From positions 2,790,001-2,854,000 of the forward strand of contig OX337230.1 of assembly GCA_946965045.2 (NCBI GenBank): a stretch of 64,000 nt of DNA. The letters run 5' to 3'. Under the pieces are notes generated by a model. It saw only the letters and a list, made by a program, of their open reading frames with translations, was not told the DNA's origin and did no database searches. Positions 52,348 to 62,663 of this stretch are shown piece after piece (position 1 is the stretch's first letter; the number at the start of each line of letters is the position of its first letter). Position numbers and translations under genes: made by a program. The stretch is from Epithemia pelagica. Lineage: Eukaryota; Protista; Bacillariophyta.

Positions 52348-53334
52348 TTAGAGCATTCGATTGACATTGGCCCAAGGATCGTACGAGTCATCCTCGCCGT
52401 TCTTGTCGGTATCATCATTGTCATTGGATGACAAGGATTGTGCTGCTTCCAGGTCGGCCGTTCGATCCAGCCGACTGAGAGAGGACACAATGGACAGGGT
52501 CCGACGTCGCGCTTCTCCCTGCATGGTGAGTACTCGTTGGGCATAGGCTTGTAAACAATCATCGTACGATGAGACGTGAGTGGCCATGTCCCGTGAGAGG
52601 GATTGGACCGGAACAAAGCCCCTGGCTTCCAACAAGATACCCGAAACGAGGGTTCCCTTGGTCCGAATGGCCCCGTGAAACCGAGGAGGAGGAGGCGTGG
52701 GTGATGATGATGATGATGATGATTCGCCCGTTTCACCAGTGTCATGTTCCAAGTAATGCGCCAATAAGGAATCCATGGCGGCGGACAATGCTTCCGTATG
52801 CTCACTGCCTCCATCACATTGATCATTGGTTTCTTCCTTTTTGAGGACACACTGGAGATGATCCAACACCAGACACCCCGGAAAATCAAGAGACGGTCGT
52901 AAACAGGCAATGGCCACCGGTTTTTGTTGCGCCAAACTCAAGGGTGTTTCAATCAAATTGGTACTCTCATTGTCATTATTGCTGCTCGTCGCCAGGGTGT
53001 TGTCATCGGGGGTCTGGGCCAGATCAATGGCCAATTGCATGGATTGCAGCAAGTCATCGCGCAACAAGACCGAAGGCTGATTGTTGTTGGAGCGATAGAC
53101 GGCAGCCCAAATCCAATCGTCGTCGTCCTTGGATTCTGCTCGAATGTTTCGGGTGGGATTATAGTTTTGGGCACACGAGGCATCGGCGGGACAAACGACG
53201 CGAAATCGTTCAAACAGTACGGGCGACGGGGACGACAGGCCTTGAATGCCCCTCCATCGGGGAAGGACTCCCACCACCAAGCAGATCCATCGGAACAACC
53301 AGGACTTGTGCACACTTCGGCTCCTCCTTTCCAT
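52348..53334 (-). CDS. Hypothetical organelle-targeted protein, possibly a degenerate GNAT fold
   Basis: 328-aa ORF with hydrophobic leader; PVAIACLRP..LVLDHLQC and LLEARGF loosely echo GNAT elements. Confidence 0.5.
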   Translation of the reverse strand: MERRSRSVHKSWLFRWICLVVGVLPRWRGIQGLSSPSPVLFERFRVVCPADASCAQNYNPTRNIRAESKDDDDWIWAAVYRSNNNQPSVLLRDDLLQSMQLAIDLAQTPDDNTLATSSNNDNESTNLIETPLSLAQQKPVAIACLRPSLDFPGCLVLDHLQCVLKKEETNDQCDGGSEHTEALSAAMDSLLAHYLEHDTGETGESSSSSSSPTPPPPRFHGAIRTKGTLVSGILLEARGFVPVQSLSRDMATHVSSYDDCLQAYAQRVLTMQGEARRRTLSIVSSLSRLDRTADLEAAQSLSSNDNDDTDKNGEDDSYDPWANVNRML

Positions 53335-53692
53335 GTTTTAGTAGCTACCTAGGTGGCTGTGTTGGAAAGAGAATATACACTGGATGGGAGGCAGAGCGCT
53401 GCTCAAGACGTTGATTCTCGTTTTGTTGTGTTAATTGGAATGTCGCACGTATCGGCATCATTCTTGACACGCAATGAGTGGTGTCTGTCCTCCGCTTCGA
53501 AATTTTGATGTGTACGCTGAGGATTGATGACTGAAGATAGTCTCTATCTGTCACCTAAAATCTAATAGTTATATAACATTATCTGTTAATCCTCGCTAAT
53601 CGCCACAGAAACTCTGGGGTGGTAGACCACAGCAATCCCCCGTAACCTCTCAAAGATCCGACCACACAAAATCTTTTTTTGGCATCTCGACC

Positions 53693-56600
53693 ATGACGGC
53701 GACACAAAGAGTTTCGCCACAACAAGTCTCTCCTCCTGCAACCAGTCTTCCCGAGCATCCACAATCGTTGTTTGCTACGAGTTATGGGTCTCAACGGCGG
53801 CGAATGGGAACCAATGGCGTCATGAGGAGCAACCATCCTGAGAAAAAACCAGCCAGTCGTTGGCAGCGGTCCATCCGAGGCTTGCGGTGGATCATGATTG
53901 GGTGCTTCGTTTGGTGTAGTAGTATTTGCGGCCCCCAACTCCCTGTATCCGACGCGTTTGGGACCGGATTCCGACGATCCTTTGGCGCCCCGTGTCTACG
54001 ACAACTTTCTGGAAGAACGCCATTGGTGTTGCTGTCCTCGGTCGACGACGATCCTGAAATGATTGATGATAATGGCGACAATGACATGGTGTACGCTCCC
54101 ACATCCGAACGAGAGTCGTATATTTCCGAAGCCGAACAGGCGGTTCAGGCCAATCAATTGGCAGCGGCCCAAGCTTCGACGACCAGGACGACAAGGAGAC
54201 CGTCGGCCATTGAATTGCCGGAGGAGATTTCCAATTCCTTTTTGCAATATGCCTTATCGATTATCATGGGCCGCGCGATTCCCGATGCCCGCGATGGCTT
54301 AAAGCCGGTCCATCGTCGGATCTTGTATGCCATGGATCGCTTGTCCTTGTATCCCACGACCAGTCATCGCAAGTGTGCCCGTGTCGTGGGAGAAGTCTTG
54401 GGCAAATTCCATCCACACGGGGACATGGCCGTGTACGATGCCCTGGTCCGGTTGGCCCAAGACTTTTCGACCCATTATCGATTGATTGATGGCCATGGCA
54501 ATTTTGGGAGTGTGGATGCCGATCCGGCCGCCGCCATGCGGTACACGGAATGTCGGCTCACCTCCTTATCCCATCAGGCCTTGTTGCAGGATTTGAATGA
54601 CGATACGGTCGATTACACACCCAACTTTGATGGGAGTGAACTAGAACCTTCCGTGTTACCGGCTCGGTTGCCGATTCTCTTGTTGAATGGGGCCAGTGGC
54701 ATTGCCGTAGGCATGGCGACCAATGTTCCTCCCCACAATTTGCAAGAAATCATGAGGGCGTGTACGGCCTTTGTCAAAGCCCGAAAGTTGCCACCAACCA
54801 CAAACACGGAAAACGCGCCACTCGTGTCGGATGAACAGCTCTTTTCCATGGTCCCGGCACCAGACTTTCCGACGGGTGCAACCATTTTGGGAACCGAGGG
54901 AGCCCACAAACTGTATCGCACCAGCAATGGAGGGGTCATTCTGCGAGCCACGACACGAGTGGAAAAGGTGGTGGCATCGTCCTCGTATTCTTCGGCGTCC
55001 GCATCGTCGGCCAAGAGCAAAACCAACAACAAAAAGTCGGGTTCCAAGTCGAATGGAATGATGATGCGCAATGCCATTATTGTCACAGAGCTACCCTATC
55101 AAGTCAACAAGGCGGCATTGTTGGAAAAAATTGCGCAATTGGTCAATGAAAAGAAATTGGAGGGCATATCTGATTTGCGCGATGAGTCGGACCGGGAAGG
55201 TATTCGTGTCGTGATTGAATTGAAACGTGATGCGGAAGCTTCGGTGGTGCTGAACAATTTGTACAAGAAAACACCATTGCAAACCACCTTTTCGGGAAAC
55301 TTTTTGGCCCTCATGACGACATCCTCCAAAAGCAGCAACAACAACAACCACAACAAGGACCATGACGATGCGACCACGAGTAGTAACAACCGGATTGTCC
55401 CCCAACGATTTACCTTGCGGCAAGCCATTGACTGTTTTTTGGATTTCCGATTCGAGACCATGCGACGCAAGGCACGATATCAACGGACCAAAGTAGAAGC
55501 GCGACGACATGTTGTACAAGGGTTAATCATGGCCTTGACCAAAGTGGATGAAGTTATTGAAATCATTCGGTCAGCTGTGGATCCCAAGGCGGCCCGAGAA
55601 ACACTCATGGAACGTTTGGGAACATCGGTGGAACAAACCGATGCCATTATGAATTTGCAATTGGGGCAACTTTCGCGTCTCAGTCAAACCAAACTTTCCA
55701 CAGAACAGCAAGATCTAGAAGCCAAGCTTGCCCGGCTCACGACTCTTATTGAAGTTGACAATGCTGTGTACGACGAAATGATTGAAGAGTTCCAGCACAT
55801 GGTCAAAACATATGGCACTGAACGAAAGACGCAAATTTTGTCCGACCAAGATGGTGAATTGACGGAAATTAATTTGGTCAAGAATGCTCGATCAGTCATT
55901 GTCGTAACACGAGGGGGGTATATTAAACGCATGCCCGCAAAAACCTTTGAAAGTCAGGGACGGGGCACACGAGGGAAACGAGGAACAACGCCCGATGGCA
56001 AAGACAATGTGGACAACGAAATTGCGCAGTGCTTTACCTGTAACGACCATGATATGCTTTTGATGGTCACACAACGGGGCATTGCCTATGGTATTCATGC
56101 CTATCAAGTCCCAACGGGTAGTCGTACAGCTAAGGGACAACCCATTCCCTCGGTCTTGCCCATTAAGGCATCCGACACGATTACAACAGTCCTTCCGGTG
56201 TCCAATTTTGACGATGATGCCTTTATTGTGCTGGCGACAGAGCAGGGGAGGATTAAAAAGACGCCCTTGCAGGCGTTTGAAAAGCTGTCGGTCCGGGGAT
56301 TGGTCATTGCCTCCTTGGAAAACAATGATCGGTTGAATTGGTGTCTCCCGTGTCGTGACTGTGACGATATTTTGCTGGGTACGACGAAGGGAATGGCTAT
56401 TCGCTTACAGGCTGGCGACCTGACACCCACTGGGCGCAACAGTCGAGGTCTCAAGGCCATGACACTACGAGACGGCGACAGTATTGCGGACATGAATGTC
56501 TTGACAAACAGCGGTAACGATTCCAATCGCGAAGAGGAGCTTGTGCTCATGATCACGTCCAGTGGATATGGGAAGCGTGTACCGACATCGGAATTTCTAA

Positions 56601-56872
56601 CCAAACGCCGAGGCAATCTTGGCGTGGTGGCCATCAAATTTAAGAAAGGGCGTGACGATGATCGATTATGCTGTCTACGATCGGTTCGACAAGACGATGA
56701 AATCCTAGTCACAACAGAAAAAGGAATCATGGTGCGACAAAAGGTATCGGAAATAGCTTCCCAGGGTCGCACCGCCACTGGAGTTTTGATTCAGAAATTG
56801 GATGACGGCGATTGTATTTCCAGTGTGGGTGTATTGCCCGAACCCATAGAGGAAACCAGCAACGCTCGTTAA
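53693..56872 (+). CDS. gyrA: Organellar DNA gyrase subunit A
   Basis: RAIPDARDGLKPVHRR, KFHPHGD, AAAMRYTE (catalytic Tyr), GyrA-box-like QGRGTRGK, beta-pinwheel repeats; SDAF presequence motif. Confidence 0.96.
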   Translation: MTATQRVSPQQVSPPATSLPEHPQSLFATSYGSQRRRMGTNGVMRSNHPEKKPASRWQRSIRGLRWIMIGCFVWCSSICGPQLPVSDAFGTGFRRSFGAPCLRQLSGRTPLVLLSSVDDDPEMIDDNGDNDMVYAPTSERESYISEAEQAVQANQLAAAQASTTRTTRRPSAIELPEEISNSFLQYALSIIMGRAIPDARDGLKPVHRRILYAMDRLSLYPTTSHRKCARVVGEVLGKFHPHGDMAVYDALVRLAQDFSTHYRLIDGHGNFGSVDADPAAAMRYTECRLTSLSHQALLQDLNDDTVDYTPNFDGSELEPSVLPARLPILLLNGASGIAVGMATNVPPHNLQEIMRACTAFVKARKLPPTTNTENAPLVSDEQLFSMVPAPDFPTGATILGTEGAHKLYRTSNGGVILRATTRVEKVVASSSYSSASASSAKSKTNNKKSGSKSNGMMMRNAIIVTELPYQVNKAALLEKIAQLVNEKKLEGISDLRDESDREGIRVVIELKRDAEASVVLNNLYKKTPLQTTFSGNFLALMTTSSKSSNNNNHNKDHDDATTSSNNRIVPQRFTLRQAIDCFLDFRFETMRRKARYQRTKVEARRHVVQGLIMALTKVDEVIEIIRSAVDPKAARETLMERLGTSVEQTDAIMNLQLGQLSRLSQTKLSTEQQDLEAKLARLTTLIEVDNAVYDEMIEEFQHMVKTYGTERKTQILSDQDGELTEINLVKNARSVIVVTRGGYIKRMPAKTFESQGRGTRGKRGTTPDGKDNVDNEIAQCFTCNDHDMLLMVTQRGIAYGIHAYQVPTGSRTAKGQPIPSVLPIKASDTITTVLPVSNFDDDAFIVLATEQGRIKKTPLQAFEKLSVRGLVIASLENNDRLNWCLPCRDCDDILLGTTKGMAIRLQAGDLTPTGRNSRGLKAMTLRDGDSIADMNVLTNSGNDSNREEELVLMITSSGYGKRVPTSEFLTKRRGNLGVVAIKFKKGRDDDRLCCLRSVRQDDEILVTTEKGIMVRQKVSEIASQGRTATGVLIQKLDDGDCISSVGVLPEPIEETSNAR

Positions 56873-57106
56873 CTCTCTGTCTGTGGGCTCTTGTTTTGTT
56901 GTTACAGCTTCATTCCGTGACGTGACGACCAATTCGAGACTCACGAAGGAACCAGGACCTAAACCGAACCCTGTTCTGTTAACGCACCTTGGAAATATAA
57001 CCCAATCAAAAGAACGAGAATGGGCTCCCTGTCCATTGTCCATGTCAACAGTGAACCGTAAAATAAAAGTAGACACAGAAACCACAAAAAATAGAGGGAA
57101 GTACTA

Positions 57107-58588
57107 ATGAAGAACAGAAAACATGGTCTTGCTGAAAGACATCCCGGAACTACAACGCTTTTTCTATACTTAGACTCCGAAAAAGATGAGGACAAGGAGG
57201 AGGAAAAGCTTCATAACTATCACGAGCAACATCGGTACGGATGCCACCCCGATTCTTGCCAAAGCTCTCGGCGCACTTACCGATACCATGGCCACAACCA
57301 GTGCGTCAGAATGGTTTCGCTTGTAGTTTGGTTGGCGGTGGCTAGTGCTATTGTGTCTGTCTATACAAGGCACCAATGGCTTATTCAGGAGGTGGTGATA
57401 CTCAATCATGGGAATCACGAAGCCTGTTCGCTCCCCCAGCTGCAGCGCTCCTTCCCTCGTCAAGTCGACCAGACTATCCACGACAACAAAGACAGGATTC
57501 TAAAGGATGTTTGTTCGCCCGCTGCAGCACAAGACAAACTACTTCACCTTCCGGTACATGCCATTGTAAATCGGAATCATATGCCGCTCCTCGGCGCTGG
57601 CTACAAGGGAAATGTCCACAAAGCGTTGGTGAAACTGCGCAACGGGGGCGACAAACAAACTAAGGTTTCCTATTGCTGGGTTGCAGTCAAGACAGATCAC
57701 TGTCATGCACTTTTATGGGGAAATATAAATCTGTTCTTCGATCGGACACGGCAGAGTTGCCTCCAAGACTATGCCTTTTTGTGGAACGATGCAAGTTACC
57801 TCGCGGGTGAATACACTGGTGCCATGCTTTCCGTAGCAGCGGAATTGGAAACCGCATCGTCATTGGGTTCACAAGGCAGAACTACGACAGGCCATGATTC
57901 ATCGTCCTTGAGCTCTGGTTTGTTTCCCACATGGGGTATGGTCGTTCTTGATAAGAGCAAGGACCAACCCTTGTGGAGTCGCGTGGCGCGAAGATACTTG
58001 CAGGGAACGCCCCTTCCTGACCCCTACATGGTCGGTGCAATCATGCCTTACCAACCTTCTTTTGTTAGCCTCAAGGAGTATGGGAAGCGCTTAGAACCCC
58101 AGCACTTTGTGTCTTCCGCCAAAGCACTATTGTTTGTTTCTCGCATGGGCCTGGCCTTTCAAGATATTCTCAAAACTAACATTGGTGTTGGTGGTCATGT
58201 TCAACAACCCGTCGATATGGGAGATCAGGACAATAGCACCAGAAGCACACTCCATTCTTCTGGTAGCGACGGTACATTCACCTTTTTGTACGACAACACA
58301 TACCTGTCGGTACAACCCAACACTCCTTGTAGGGCCAGTCAAGCCGCCTGTACGACATTTTTCTGTCATCCCCATGATCCGGCCGTGGTGGTCGGGCACA
58401 CTTATCGGGACCATCAGCGTCCCAACAAGACGGCCATAGAAAGTGACTTTTGGGCTTATCGTGACATTCTAGCCACCTATTTTGCGGGGCGAAGACCGAT
58501 CACCAACGGTTTGACCGGAAGACGCATTCGATCGTGTACCAACGTGGAACAGCTCATTCAATTGTTGGAAGAATCTTCGTCCGCATGA
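57107..58588 (+). CDS. Type II membrane protein with a divergent kinase-like domain
   Basis: TM segment VSLVVWLAVASAIVSV, then LGAGYKGNV, WVAVKT, FQDILKTNI, LYDNTY. Confidence 0.6.
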   Translation: MKNRKHGLAERHPGTTTLFLYLDSEKDEDKEEEKLHNYHEQHRYGCHPDSCQSSRRTYRYHGHNQCVRMVSLVVWLAVASAIVSVYTRHQWLIQEVVILNHGNHEACSLPQLQRSFPRQVDQTIHDNKDRILKDVCSPAAAQDKLLHLPVHAIVNRNHMPLLGAGYKGNVHKALVKLRNGGDKQTKVSYCWVAVKTDHCHALLWGNINLFFDRTRQSCLQDYAFLWNDASYLAGEYTGAMLSVAAELETASSLGSQGRTTTGHDSSSLSSGLFPTWGMVVLDKSKDQPLWSRVARRYLQGTPLPDPYMVGAIMPYQPSFVSLKEYGKRLEPQHFVSSAKALLFVSRMGLAFQDILKTNIGVGGHVQQPVDMGDQDNSTRSTLHSSGSDGTFTFLYDNTYLSVQPNTPCRASQAACTTFFCHPHDPAVVVGHTYRDHQRPNKTAIESDFWAYRDILATYFAGRRPITNGLTGRRIRSCTNVEQLIQLLEESSSA

Positions 58589-59241
58589 AAGATGAAAAAT
58601 GGGAGTCTTTTGGTGTCTTCTGTTCTTGACTGGTGGCTAAGTGACAACGTCTCGGCTGGGACAGTAACGGAACAACGACGGGGTTCATTCTCTGGAAAAC
58701 CCCTGCTTGTCTTTGAACTATTCCTTCCTGACCCAGAATCATTGATCTAACGGCTAATCGATAGGACGACCTTCCATTACAGTACATGGTTTGGATACTA
58801 TTCATCAGCCAAACTCGTCGGCGTTAATCGGCATGTTGACACACATAGAGTATTCGCAGAGAGGAAAAAAGGGTAACCTTCGTGTTTGCGTCCTTGCCTA
58901 CATCGGAGATGGTTGATCGCTCCAAAGATATATTATCACGTTGATTATTCAGTCAAGTCGTGGGAAACCGGCTCGTGTTGGAAAAAGAGGTGTAACTAAA
59001 TTGTATATAACATGCAAAGTTGCTGTTAGACTGTTGCTGTTTTCTATACCAACACAGTACGGAAGTGGACTGCCGCTGGCTCAAACAAACGCAAATTTGT
59101 TTCTTTTGCAAGGTTTTAGATTAGGAGGCACTCGGTTGTGGATCGCAGCTGAGTGCCGCTGCATCTTGCTCTCCAACTCACGATCGATCGCACAACCACT
59201 CGACTTACTCTCTGTTTCCGGTTTGCAAAATTATGAGCAAA

Positions 59242-62084
59242 TCACGTCCCATAAATCTTTCGTTCCAACGCATCCGGAAGCGTCGCCACAATGTCCAACC
59301 ATGGCTGTTCCACCACCACCATTTCGCCATCTGCAATAAACCCCATGTACAACATGCTATTGTAGCGCAGACATTGGACCACGTCCGAGGCGTCTGGATC
59401 TATGTCTTCAATTTCCGACATGCTTCGTTTTCGCCTCCTCCTTCTTCGCACGTGCTTTTCTGGAACTGTCCGACAACGACTGGGGCGGGGCTTGATCAGA
59501 TCAACCAAGAGAAAGACGCCATGTGCACCCTTTCTCATGAAACACAAGGAAATATTCATAAACAAACATTGTGAGTATGGGACACAACGGCTGAAATAAA
59601 CGATGATTGATACTCTTGTACTATACCGCCAATGTGACAAGGCAAAAGACACGGCGGGCGAAAAAAGAGCTTGCGTGCTTTTGCAAGGATGACAATCCGA
59701 CCAAACGAGATGAAAAGACGTGCGTCGGAAATAACTTTCTTGCGTCTTCTTTCTGCACCGTCTCTACAAAGCACAGGACATCATCCACGTACCATAAGAA
59801 CCTTGTCGGGACAACTGGAATGGGTACATATTCGTAAGGGATAGTCCGTGCGACTCGAAAGCTCCGTTGGCATCGGGTCTGCCGCCGATTTTCCGTCAGT
59901 GGGACGACTCCATTTATCCAGTTCTCCTTTGGACACGTCAAATATATAAAGTTCAAACTGGACACACCCCACCGCCAACCTCGGAGCGTCCTCATTACCC
60001 AGAAATGAAACTGCAGTGATGGATGAGTTCAACGATGGCAATGTCCACCAATGACGATACAAATCCCGTCCTTTATCTTCATTTCGAGCATAAATGTCCA
60101 CGGCCCCGTTTCCATGCGTATTGAACAGGACAGCGAGCCATTTTCCTGAACTTGTTGATGCCATCGCCCGAGGTGGTAAGAGTCTCGTCCGATCCGGAGA
60201 ATCTACTTGGGGAGAAATAGTTTGCACCTTTTTCACTGCGTCGGGTAACGCAGAGTCATTTTCTGCGATTTGCACGTCCAAAAAGACCATTTTCGCGTTG
60301 CTCAAAGCAAACACAAGTCTCGTATTCGACAGAAATGCCACATATGACACAGCCGATGCAGGTGGAGTTTCGTATGAGATCCGAACCGGAACGATCGAGC
60401 CCTTTTCAAAACTCAATTTGAAAATGAAAGTGTTGTAGGAGTCACAAAGCACCATGATGGTCCCATCGTCACTAAAGGCGCCACATCGAAGATTGGACTG
60501 GGAATGAATTTCAATGGTTCCCAACAGAAACTGGTCCGTTTCTTCCGCCACTGGAATGGGTTCTACAACCTGGCCGGAATGGGTTCCCATTTGGTACACC
60601 TCAACCGAAGTGTCCTTCAAAATGGCCAACTTTTGAGCGTCTTTGGCGACCAGAATTGGGGAATGAGCTGGCCACGGGTAGATGGTCCTTGGTCGCATCG
60701 TTTGAAAGGATGCAACGTTGTAGGTACACAATTTCATATCGACGCCACCCGTGCACAATACCTCCATGCGATTGCCACTGTGCTCGGGTTTTTCCTGAAC
60801 ACACACGGACAGACTTTTTACATCGTGACTGTGTGGACGTTGGGCATGGGTCAAAATCCAGGATCGAGCATTGGTGTTGCTCGGATCGGCAAGGAGTGAC
60901 TCTTGTTCTTGGAGCGATGCCCGTTCAAAGCAAACAACGCGTGAATCGACTCCACTGGCAAAGACTTTGCATTCATTACTCGCAACAACAAGATCCAAGA
61001 CATCGCATCGTTGATCGGTTTGGGTAAAGGAATGTTCCAGTGACCCAGTACGGCCGTCCCAAAATTGTACATTGCCTAAGGAATCAGCCGATACCACCGT
61101 CCAATCTTGCAACAGCTTGAGCGACCACACCCTTGTGGGTATCCTTCGACCCATACTTTCCACCGTCATGCGATGACCCGTCTTCCAGCTTCCAGTGGAG
61201 TCACCCTGCAAGGATCTACCACTCTTCTTAGTTCCTGTTTGGTAGCTGTACATGCGAATCGTCCCATCGGCCACTCCGGCAAACAAAACGGTGCCAGCCA
61301 ATGAACTATTTCCCCCAGTGTTGTTGTTGTGAGCTGTTTCTGCTGCGTTCATTCTTCGCCAGGCAAGGGACACAACCGCTGCTCCGGTGGTGGGGACTTT
61401 GGACAGAAGCGTGAGGGTCAAGGTGTCGTCGGACGACAATTGAAAGATTCGAACCGACCCATCTTCACAACCAGCTGCTACCAAGGAAGACGAAGATCCA
61501 TCCGACGAGTGTTCGTATAAGGATTCCAAAGCAAAGATACCTCCACCTCCACTGGGAGTTACACTGTCCAATCGCAAGGTTTGAAAATTGACTACAAAGA
61601 TGGATCCATCTTGAGATGCTCCAATCAATGTTGGAATGCCAGTGTCCGAAGTGGCTTTGTCAAAAGAAGAGGTCATTGTTTCGGAATCCCCTGAATTAAA
61701 GGAAGAGACTGAAGACTTCGTCATGACCCAGGCCATGGCATTGATGATCCGTTCCTTTTGTCCAGCAATGGTACAGACGATACGAAATTTTTGGTTGACC
61801 GAACGGAGTTCTACACTACCATTCTCTCGTGCAGCTGCCAAATAGCTGTACGAGCAATGTGGTGGAGTGGATTGAAGAGTCACAATCGAATATGGGACAT
61901 GATTCATGTTGCGTATACGGTGGACGACCAAATCCAATACAGGTGGGTGCTTACTCACGGGAGGAGGAACAACCACCTCCTCGTCCTCGTCATGCTGCTC
62001 TTGTTGGTCCGGCGCTTCTGCCTCTTCGTCTTCGCCATGTCCAGACATGTCCTCTGGATTGTCAGTTTTAGACTTTTTGGCCAT
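59242..62084 (-). CDS. UTP4: U3 snoRNP WD40 protein UTP4/Cirhin (intron 59530-59792), ~859 aa
   Basis: VHRIR.., LAAARENGSVE, VVSADSLGNVQFWD, VFASGVD, HSHDVKSL; C-terminal MVVVEQPWLDIVATLP...KIYG. Confidence 0.85.
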
Positions 62085-62663
62085 TTTCTTTATCCTGACA
62101 AGGTTTCCACTTCCACCTCATAAATCTTCGGAGATATCTTATTGTTTTGATCTGTCTGGAACTTGGAACATCGATTGGTTGTGAAAGAAAGTTCGGTCAG
62201 TCGCGGATAATAAGACTGACAGTCTTCCAATGGCGCCAGGGCAGTCGGTCGACCGTACCCTGGGTAGGCGCGGCAGCTGGAAGAATAGACTATTCCCATA
62301 ATAGCCTCAAATACATGAGTTTATGTCTACGTCCTCCTCTTCTCGAGTAGGTATGACAAATGACAACCTTCTACCTTAGTCCCATCTTCTACTCCTACCT
62401 TTTGGTTGAGGAAATTCACATCTATCAACATGTGTTGCGTCGTCCTTAGAGGGCCAAGTGATCAATTAATAGGGCAAAGATGCCACCTCACTCTCAAGTC
62501 TACAGCGTGATATTCCGAATTGCAATCTCCAGGGAAACATGTTGACTCATTTATTGGATGGGATATCCGACCTGCGAAGGAACAGTGGAGGTACTTGTCT
62601 CTGGCTAGAACGGGAGGTTTACACACTCGTCCAGGCATCTTTCTCTGTGCAAACACCAGGTCT

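Noticed and set aside
52680-52725. GGA/GAT microsatellite giving poly-Ser, poly-Pro, poly-His and poly-Met in different frames
   Set aside because: A simple low-complexity tract within the 52348-53334 ORF.
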